From contig JBDOQK010000022.1 in the NCBI GenBank assembly GCA_040437565.1, forward strand, positions 480,609-500,608: DNA of 20,000 nucleotides, given 5' to 3'. The notes beneath the pieces are model-generated. The model was not told the DNA's origin and did no database searches. It saw nothing but the letters and a program-made list of their open reading frames with translations. The DNA is from Albugo candida. Taxonomy: Eukaryota. Each line of letters begins with the position of its first letter. Position 1 is the first letter of the stretch. Positions 11,695 to 20,000 of the stretch are shown here, piece after piece. The translations under genes and the position numbers were made by a program.

Positions 11695-12320
11695 ATATCA
11701 TCCAACTTCCTCATGATTTTCGTTGCAACGTGTCGTTCACAATCTGTAAATTACTCATTTACGGATCGCCATCATCTGACGTCTGAATACTACATCTTGC
11801 GAGAAAGTATTTGAAAGTTGAAAGTACGTTCAGTCTGGCTTGATAAATGGACTGATAAGGACAGCGGTCTTTTGCCGAATTACTTACAACACGAGCAAGA
11901 ATTTATAAACCTGTAAAAACATTTGCAACTTGTTCAATCCGGTTCTCAGGCGCACAANNNNNNNNNNNNNNNNNNNNNNNNNNNNNNNNNNNNNNNNNNN
12001 NNNNNNNNNNNNNNNNNNNNNNNNNNNNNNNNNNNNNNNNNNNNNNNNNNNNNNNNNATATCATCCAACTTCCTCATGATTTTCGTTGCAACGTGTCGTT
12101 CACAATCTGTAAATTACTCATTTACGGATCGCCATCATCTGACGTCTGAATACTACATCTTGCGAGAAAGTATTTGAAAGTTGAAAGTACGTTCAGTCTG
12201 GCTTGATAAATGGACTGATAAGGACAGCGGTCTTTTGCCGAATTACTTACAACACGAGCAAGAATTTATAAACCTGTAAAAACATTTGCAACTTGTTCAA
12301 TCCGGTTCTCAGGCGCACAA
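11695..12320. other. Scaffold gap (N 11958-12057) flanked by an identical 263-bp duplication (11695-11957 = 12058-12320); assembly overlap artefact
   Basis: Both copies abut the 100-N run exactly and appear identical. Confidence 0.9.
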
Positions 12321-12926
12321 ACCACCTGCGGTTGTAGGGTTATGGGATGGGCTTTCGTATATAGATATCGTACGTAGCTGTTTTAATTGAAGCTGGCATC
12401 TATATACCGCTATACCGTTTATATGCATCGCCCAACTTCCGAAGTGCCCTGTGGTGCAAACGAGTGCACGTTTGCGAAAGCTTTTTACCAGCGGAATTCT
12501 TTATACTTTAAAGGTTACTCTACATTATCTCTTACGGATGCGACACGAAAAGGCGATTGTCAGTACTCCTGGAGTCAGGCTGCTCATGGAAGATTATATG
12601 CATCCAGGGTGGTGATGAATTTGCTAGCGGTTACGTATATTGTTAAAACCCGGTCACGTCTCTAACGTATCAGTTTGTATGTTAGGTCGGTCTTTCGAGA
12701 TATTGGATCAACGTCTTTTTTCTAGATATTCGTTGGGGAAGTTTTCAATCAAGATAATATACGTCTTTTCTTCAAGAAAAAAAAACAAGAGTCAACCAAG
12801 CTATCGACGAAGTTGCCGTTTGGATTTCTTGACGAAGGATTTGTGCGAGACAAATCACGACGAAGACAAAACAGATGGGTCTAGCAATCTTACTTCTGAG
12901 ACAAGTGCCCCTAACATAATAAGGTG

Positions 12927-13024
12927 GGTAAAAAGTTGGGTTGAAATAACGCCGTAATCTGATTGGTCAGAAAGTCACATGGTGGGTGGAAACAGCAAAA
13001 AGCTGGGTGGAAATAGCAATACCC
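12927..13024 (-). repeat. Right TIR
   Basis: Reverse complement reads gggtattgctatttccacccag...gactttctgaccaatcagattacggcgtt...tacc. Confidence 0.85.
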
Positions 13025-13175
13025 TAAATTATAATATATCTATTTTTAGCTTTTTTGGAGACTTTTTGGTTGGGACCAAACGCTCACGAAAAATAACCAT
13101 ATTAGACAGTATTGGTGAGTTTTTGAGATTATCATCGATAAAATATATTTCGAAGTCCGACACTCTGAATCAACC

Positions 13176-15263
13176 ATGCACGTCTTAAAAAGCAAAGGAA
13201 GCACTTAAGTGCAGCATCAAAGGTAGCTACGAAAAAAGAGCAAAAAACTTGGAGCAGATGAAGATGTTCATGGACGAAATGGTGAAACAATTTGCCTGAA
13301 CAGCAATGATTCTTCTCATATAGCCAGTGAATTTGACAGTGAAAACGAAATAGAAAATGGCGTCGAAGATGGTGACGTAGTCACTAGCAACATAGAACGA
13401 GCTGTTCTTCTAGTTCTGTCCAACAAAAATCGCCCCATGCGCTATGTTGGAGATTCGTTGCGGACGCAAGAACGCGATGCTGGAGAAGGATGCAGCAGGC
13501 TCAAACCATTGACATCGTACTGGTAGCCGAAGGCAACGGTCGTGGAAGTTGTTGGAGAGGATGAGATCGATGCGGAAAGCGATGAAACTTACAGCGATGA
13601 AAATAGCGACGTCCATAGCAGTTTGTGGTCGGACGTGACTTTCAGCATCGTAATTGAGAAGCTCAACAAGCTGTCACAGAAGGAAAAAATGGAAAAACAT
13701 GCGGCACGTGCGCGTGCCTCTGCAATACTTGCATACTTCTCCTTGAAAAAATGCGGAAGGAAAAGGATGGCCGCCAGCTCCCTTATCGCAGATGCAGCTA
13801 GAAAGGGAGTATTTTACGCAAAAATTAATTCGTACTTGGCCTTCGCCTCCCTGAAGAATGGTTCTCTTCCTGGATTGAGGCAAGGTAAGCATGCCAAACG
13901 AAAACGTTTCCTCATGATGAAGACTGTATTTTTCCTCTGCAACAGTACCTTCTTGAAAACAAGTTCAAGGTGGAACTCGCTGCTTTCACTGAACATACGA
14001 ATACTAAGATCCTTGTGGGCTTGGGTTATGATCCTTCGCCAGCAATATCTGATAAAACAATGATGCGCTGGCTGAATGCCTTGAATATCTAGTGCAGTGA
14101 GGTTAAAAACGGCATCTATGTTGATGGGCATGATAGGGAAGACGTCCTTGAATACCGCCATGAATTTATCGAAAAAAAGAGAAGCTAGCACCTCAGATAC
14201 CTATCATCCCACCGAGAGGAGAAGATCGCGAAGGCGAAATAATTTGGCCATCAGCCAATGCTCGACCACTTCTTTTGGTTACCCATCACCGAAGCACGTT
14301 CTCCGCCAACGATGGTTTGAAATGCTCTGGCTGCCGGATGACGAACAGACTTTGCGTAACAAAGGTCAAGTAAGAAGAATTTATGTGAGCGAATTCTTGT
14401 GCCCTTGTTCAGGATGACTGGTATTGAATGAAGAAAAACGAGCGTGGCTTCCTGCGCTACCACAAGAGGAATGTGTTATTATTCAACCTAGTGTCCAGCA
14501 CGATGGCTGGTTGGAACAGAGGAACTTTATAGTCAAGTTCGCGATCGAGCCATGCCTACATTTGAGGCTCAATTTCCAGGAATGCAAGCCGTTTTTCACT
14601 TTGTTAACGCCACAAGCCATGCTTTCTTTTCCGACAACTCTCTCCGTGCAAATCGAATGAAGCTTAGTCCAGGTGGAACAATGTCTCTCCATGCGGTCAA
14701 CAACCTGGAGCGATGTAGTTCATCAGGAGATGACTTCCCCAGAGGATTATGCAGACAAAAACCTTCTTGGAATACCAAAGGGCATGAAAATTATTCTTTA
14801 GGAACGCTGTCTTTGGCGTGCAGAACTAAAACTGGACTGCCGTGGAAGGTGTCCTCTGATGTTACAAAACTGCCGCGCAAGAAAAATCATCGCAAGCCAG
14901 ATCCACTTATAGCAACAGAAGTGCATGTTGGAGGAACTGATTGTGAGTTCTCGACACATGATTATATTTTACCCAAACTTTCATTCCGAGCTTACATGCT
15001 ATTGAGAACTTATGGGGTGCTGCAAAACGATACACTCGCAAAAATGGCAATCATTTCTGGGTTGGATAGAATGAGATGGTCCCAAACGCATTGAATGCGG
15101 TAACTCTAGATGAGATACACCACCACTACCAAAAGGCACAAGGATACATGGACGTTTTTCGCAAAGGAATAATCGGTAAAGCCGCGGAATATGCGGTCAA
15201 GTAATATGGTTCGCGTCAACGTGTACCGAACCCCATCCTGATGGACATAAACTCCCTTATAGC
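13176..15263 (+). pseudogene. Decayed IS630/Tc1/mariner-like DDE transposase of the fungal/oomycete type
   Basis: Frameshifted pieces in order: basic/acidic N-terminus; LPGLRQGKHAK; KNGIYVDGHDREDVLEYR; LVTHHRSTFSANDG (relic of the first-Asp motif HDESTF); LRNKGQVRRIYVSEFLCPC; AVFHFVNATSH (relic of FDNA); LPK/FHSEL/IENLWGAAKRYTR (like Tc1 DLNPIENLW); YMDVFRKGIIGKAAEYAVK*YGSRQRV. No paired TIRs found. Confidence 0.8.
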
Positions 15264-15266
15264 CAT

Positions 15267-15491
15267 TGTTGTCAAATTGGAAAGTGACTATATTTGTAGG
15301 TCCTTAGTTCTCAAAAAGATAGTCTACGCCTATACCACATTCTCTGTATCGCTACTCTATACTATTAGTAACCTATTTCTTATCTCACCTGTCTGCGCTA
15401 TTAATGATCTGATCTTATCTGACTCTTGATCTTATCCGACTCTTCTGATCTTGTCCGACTTTCTTCTGAACTCATCCTACTTTCTTCAACA
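15267..15491 (-). repeat. 3' LTR (225 bp)
   Basis: TGTTG...CAACA termini. 15334-15491 matches 18556-18713 with about 11 mismatches in 158 nt. Abuts the PPT. Confidence 0.85.
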
Positions 15492-15500
15492 CTCCCCCAC
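15492..15500 (-). promoter_or_regulatory. Polypurine tract (plus-strand primer site)
   Basis: Minus strand reads GTGGGGGAG immediately before the TGTTG of the 3' LTR. Confidence 0.85.
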
Positions 15501-16938
15501 GATACACAATTCTTGATTTTGCCAGACGAACCAAATCCTGAAATTGCTTTGTCGAAATAGGATTCGTCAAGAAATCGGCAAGCTGATTCTTGGAGTCGAT
15601 ATATGTGATCACAATTTTCTCATCCTTTTTATGATCACGAATGAAATGATAACGGATGTCGATATGTTTTTTGCTCTGCTTTGATATTCGTCGTTTTTCG
15701 CTATTATGATGATACTTTGATTGTCCTCGAATATTTTGATCTTTTTTCTTGCATACAGAGTGATAGGGCGATGTACTCCGCCTCGGCCGTACTCAGGTAT
15801 ACACTTTGCTGAATCTTTGATTTGAAAATAAAAGGCGCACCATTTATCATAACCATGATTCCAGATAGAGATCTTCTGGATTCCTTGTTTTCCGCCCAAT
15901 CTGCGTCACTATATGCACAAACACATAAATATTCGTCACTGCCGGTGTAATTTATCCCCATGTCACTGGTTGACTTCAAATAACGCAGGACCCTTATCGC
16001 TGCCTTCCAATGCTCTTCACTAGGCCGTTCCAGATGTCGACTTAGTTGCCCAACTGAATACGCGATATCTGGCCTTGTTCCATTCGAAATATACAAGAGT
16101 GATCCAATCAAGGAGCGATAAGGCCTAAACTTCATTCTTTTATCTTCTTTTTCGATTGCGGACAAAACTTGGCCTTGAACATTTGGGTTTAAAACGAGCT
16201 CGGCGTCCACTTGGTTGAACTTTTCGACCATTTTATTGATGCTTGAAGTTTGACGGATTTTCATTGAACGTTGCACTCGGTCATAATCGACTTGAATGCC
16301 CAGCATAAATTTGACTTTTCCGAGATCTTTCAACTTGTACTTTCTTGACACTTTGTCGAAAATGGCTTTTATATCCTCCAATGTCTTTGCACTTATTGCA
16401 GTAACATGTCGTCCACATATAAGGCGATACAAACCACCGAATTCCTCTATTTGACGAACAAATATGCACACGTCTGTTGTCTTAAAACATGTTGCTGCAG
16501 CCTGCTTCAGACCATATAAGATTCGATTCAGAAGACAGACTTCATTAGCCTGAGCTTGAACACCGCGGGGTGGAGAAATGTAGACTTCTTCCTCCAGATA
16601 CCATTGAGAAACGCTGTGTCGACATCATATTGCTGAACATGAAATCCTTGGTGACAGCAAACCGCCAGGTAAATCCGAATGGAATTCATACTTGCAACTG
16701 GCGCATATGTGTCCATATAATCCACTCTGTATTTTTGTCGGTAGCCCAAAGCGACAAGTCTTGCCTTGTACTTTTCAACTTCACCAAATTCATTCCGCTT
16801 GAGAGTAAAAACCCATTTTGTTCCAATCACCTTCATATTTGGTGTCTTTGAAGTCAGTATCCAGGTCTCCTTTTCCTTGAGCGCTTGGAGCTCTAGTTGA
16901 ATCTTTTTTTTCCATTCATCTGAATCTGGAGACCGCAT
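15501..16938 (-). pseudogene. pol: Copia reverse transcriptase and RNase H, frameshifted
   Basis: RT motifs: VIGTKWVFTLK, YKARLVALGYRQ, QYDVDTAFLNG, LYGLKQAA, ALYVDDMLL, YRSLIGSLLYISNGTRPDIAY. RNase H motifs: AYSDADWA, STAEAEYIAL, FEDNQS, NQLADFLT. Split over several frames. Confidence 0.95.
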
Positions 16939-17329
16939 TGCCTCTTTGTACTTTGATGGTACATCCTACGCAGCATTCGACTTTTCTTATTCAATGCGAA
17001 ATCTTTTCTGTGGTCGTGTTTCCTCGATGTCCACTGGAACAATGGCATCCGAAATTTCGTATGGCACGATTGAATGAGACAGCTCACTTTGGAGAAGGTG
17101 ATTGGGCACAGATGGCGCGAATGTAGGAGAAGCAGTGAAGCCATCCAATCTTCCCCTGGGAACAATCTCCGTAGCTGTATTGAAATCCATGTTGACATCA
17201 TCTTCCCCTTGATGTTCATCCTGTTCGTCAAACTCTTTGTCGATTTCCTTTGCATCATCGCTGTTATGCTCTCCTTCGAGAGGCATTTCTTCCTCCTCAT
17301 GATGCTGGTTTTAATAGATTTTAATCGGT

Positions 17330-18455
17330 CTATGGATTTGTCGCAGCATACGACTTCAACATATTTGAGCTTTGGAGTTCTTGAAATTTAGCTGTACGTG
17401 CTGTTTCCAAGCGATGGCCTTCCAAATTACAGACACGAATCCCTTTGATGTTTTCGAAATAGCCCAGAAACATGTATTTGTAAGCTTTTCTGTCGAATTT
17501 GGATCTCTTGGATTTGTCGATATGTGCATAGCCTTGAGCTCCAAACACTTTAAAGTGCGCAACGCTTGACTTCCGACCGAAACATACTTCAAATGGGGTT
17601 TTGAATTGATTTGCCGCACAGGGTACTCTATTCGTCACGTGCACAGCTATGCTCATAGCTTCTGCCCACCAATTTTCCTTCACTTGCATATGCGATAACA
17701 TGCACCTCGCACGCTCCGTAAGTGTCCGATTCATCCGTTCTGCGAGTCCGTTCTGTTGTGGCGAATTTGGAACCGTGGTTTGATGTATGATTTCGGAATT
17801 TTTGCATAAGTAGGCAAATTTGTCGTTGATGTAGTGCCCACCATTATCCGAACGCAAAGACTTGATCCCTTTTCCGAACTGATTCTCGACAAGTGCTTTG
17901 AATTCGGTAAATCTACTGAGAACTTCATCCTTGGTTTGGATAAAATAGGCATGGATGAATCTTGAAAAATCATCGATGAATGTGACCATATACTTCACGC
18001 CACCTTGAGACCGCACTCGCATCGGTCCAGTGACATCACTGTGAACCACTTCCAAGAAGGATTTTGTCTTTACCTTTCCATAGGCATATGATCTAAATGG
18101 CTGAACAGATGACTTTGCAATCACACACCCTTCTCAAGTTTCGGACTCTTCCCAATCCATTCCTGATTTTGTCTCTATATTGCGTCCAGTGACATAATTC
18201 CTTATGTTTTTCATTCTCTTCGTCAAAATATGACCGAACCTTGCATGCCAAAATTATTCGTCCACCGGAACGTCTTCATGTTGACCTGCCTCTCCACCAA
18301 AATGTGTGACTTCAAGTGTTGAATATCCACAATGTTTCGATTGTCACTTTTGATTTCACAGGTAAGATTCCGAAATACAACTTGAAGTCCTTTTTCCGCC
18401 AGTGCAGATACGGAAAGTAGCTTTTGCTCGAGACCGGGAACGTACAAAACATCAT
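17330..18455 (-). pseudogene. pol: Copia protease C-terminus, GAG-pre-integrase domain and integrase
   Basis: DVLYVPGLEQKLLSVSAL; WHARFGH; *EGCVIAK (first Cys of the HHCC CxxC has become TGA); integrase DDE motifs VHSDVTGP, LRSDNGG, NGLAERMNRTL; RSKFDRKA..FLGY. Confidence 0.95.
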
Positions 18456-18555
18456 NNNNNNNNNNNNNNNNNNNNNNNNNNNNNNNNNNNNNNNNNNNNN
18501 NNNNNNNNNNNNNNNNNNNNNNNNNNNNNNNNNNNNNNNNNNNNNNNNNNNNNNN
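18456..18555. other. Scaffold gap inside the copia element
   Basis: 100 N. It must hide gag, the protease active site, the PBS and about 67 nt of LTR, so the true size is probably much greater than 100 bp. Confidence 0.9.
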
Positions 18556-18713
18556 ACCACATTCTCTATATCGCTACTCTACATTATTAGTAACCTATTT
18601 CTTATCTCACCTGTCCGCACTATTAATGATCTGATGTTATCTGACTCTTGATCTTAGCCGACTCTTCTGATCTTGTCCGACTTTCTTCTGCACTAATCTT
18701 ACTTTCTTTAACA
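18556..18713 (-). repeat. 5' LTR (partial, truncated by the gap)
   Basis: About 93% identical to 15334-15491. Begins TGTTA on the minus strand. Confidence 0.9.
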
Positions 18714-18961
18714 ATAGCATGATATTGGACATGTATTACAGACCCGAAAATGTTGCGCTCTCGCATTGACTGAAATTCACGGTACAACCTGGTGCCCTCT
18801 CATTGGCTACAGTAGAGATATCTCCTAATAGGATAGGAATAATTGCGGCCAAATTTCCATTTCTCCATACAAAATCATAAAAAATCGCCAAACTTCAACC
18901 TTTTGCTTCTTCATCCAAAGTAAACATACAAAATATCGGGCTCCATTGTAGGAAAGCCAAG

Positions 18962-19420
18962 TCAACGTGCTTTCAGTATATGGATAGCATTTTGTTCCAT
19001 TTTGACTTTTATTGAATTGGTAGGAGTTCTTATCCCTGCAATTTATGGTCTGATGTACGTGTCTTGCACTGCATCCAGAATTGACTACTTGATATTAAAT
19101 CGAAGGGTCTTAAACAGCTGCTCTCTTTTGTATGCGCTCCTTTCTTTATTAATCGCATTTTTATTTGTCGGAACAAAAACGCAAGGTCGCAAGAATGACC
19201 GCCAACGTTGAAAGCTTTCTAATGCTTACACTTTTGCGATATGAATGATTTTGATAGCATTACGCGAGGTTCTTATAGCGCATGTATGCCGTTACAACAC
19301 AGAACAAATATCGGCAACTAATTGGCTCTCAAGTTCACGAAATATCACATATGCTCTTGCTACAATAAATAGTAGTGCCACTCTAAACACAAGCTTCAAT
19401 GAAATAATCATCCTTGGCAT
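18962..19420 (-). pseudogene. Possible decayed secreted-protein gene
   Basis: Signal-peptide-like start MPRMIISLKLVFRVALLFIVARA. The frame continues for about 150 codons with 4 internal stops. The signal region has a diverged copy at 19945-19979. Confidence 0.3.
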
Positions 19421-20000
19421 TTCTCAAGGGAAACAAGAAAGATGCATTAGGTTCAAATATTCCCATAAAAGATATTGAAAGTTTCTTTAATCCATAAGAC
19501 TACATAAAAAACAACTTCATTATAGCATTCTGCATTATCCGGTACCGAGCTTTTAATTGCGTTCGTCAATCTAGGTATCTCAACATTCAACACATTTTTC
19601 TAGAACCGCTTGAAATCTCGTTTATATATAAAAAGAACACGAGAAACGCCTCATGTTCACTAGGCCGAACGAGACAATAATTACTATGTTCGCCAGCATT
19701 GGAGTCCCGAAAGAGTATCTTCTTCACAGGTTTCTAGCCTTGTTTCCACCTTTCGGGTAGTATCAGCCTTTTGCTGCACAACCTTAGGTGAGAAAGTACA
19801 GATTAGTAGTATTTCGATATCGTTTGGAATAGAATCTTCGAATGCCGTTCCCTAGTGCTGTTTCCTCATCTCCAGCTATGAGTGCCCTGAAAACGACATT
19901 ATGTTATAAAACGCCAAGCACATGTGTTAGACTATTTGGGATGGAATGCTACTGCCACTTTGCAGAGAAGCTTCAATGAGAAAGCGAGATTAACATTACC

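Larger units (their letters stand above)
11447..13024. mobile_element. Non-autonomous TIR DNA transposon (large MITE-like), about 1.2 kb after removing the gap artefact
   Basis: 98-bp terminal inverted repeats (11447-11544 and 12927-13024; about 87/98 matches by manual count). TA flanks both sides (11445-6, 13025-6). No recognisable transposase inside. Confidence 0.8.
15267..18713 (-). mobile_element. Ty1/copia LTR retrotransposon, decayed; gag and PBS lie in the assembly gap
   Basis: Two direct LTRs, a PPT, and pol domains in copia order (PR-IN-RT-RH) on the minus strand. Confidence 0.95.

Noticed and set aside
11695..12320. Perfect 263-bp direct repeat inside the TIR element
   Set aside because: Same gap-flanking overlap artefact.
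12387..12665. DATRKGDCQY as a tyrosine-recombinase HxxR-like motif within the TIR element
   Set aside because: Lacks the His and the other catalytic boxes; too weak to call.
13674..14778. Minus-strand ORFs over the transposase (and plus-strand ORFs over copia pol at 16570-17569)
   Set aside because: Antisense or alternate-frame shadows of decayed transposon genes.
15411..15467. Short repeats as a CRISPR-like array
   Set aside because: Tandem with no unique spacers, located inside a retrotransposon LTR in eukaryotic DNA, and no cas genes.
11424..18854. Shared 11-mer TGCGGCCAAAT at about 11424 and 18844 as ends of the DDE transposon
   Set aside because: Same orientation rather than inverted, no extension and no TSD. 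The true TIRs of the transposase element were not found.

Overview
Eukaryotic, AT-rich, gene-poor draft-assembly window with three 100-N gaps. I cannot support any intact protein-coding gene, RNA gene or CRISPR array. Right half: a nested transposon cluster made of (i) a ~1.2-kb non-autonomous element with 98-bp terminal inverted repeats (11447-13024), (ii) a decayed IS630/Tc1/mariner-like DDE transposase (13176-15263, +), and (iii) a decayed Ty1/copia LTR retrotransposon (15267-18713, -) inserted into the last codons of that transposase. Left half: an intron-containing ARFRP1/Arl3-type small GTPase pseudogene (6467-7093) among several decayed genes for apparently secreted, Cys-rich proteins. 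The best of these (11245->9881, -) has a signal-peptide relic, a degenerate CxxCxxxxxG motif and two further ACxxCL motifs, resembling Albugo CCG (CHxC) effectors. There is also a hidden pair of paralogues about 7.5 kb apart (58% identity over a gapless 198-nt block). My inference, not a database result, is an oomycete (probably Albugo) effector and transposon graveyard. I found no convincing new functional system; the most interesting items are the effector-relic cluster and the unusual transposase and TIR element.
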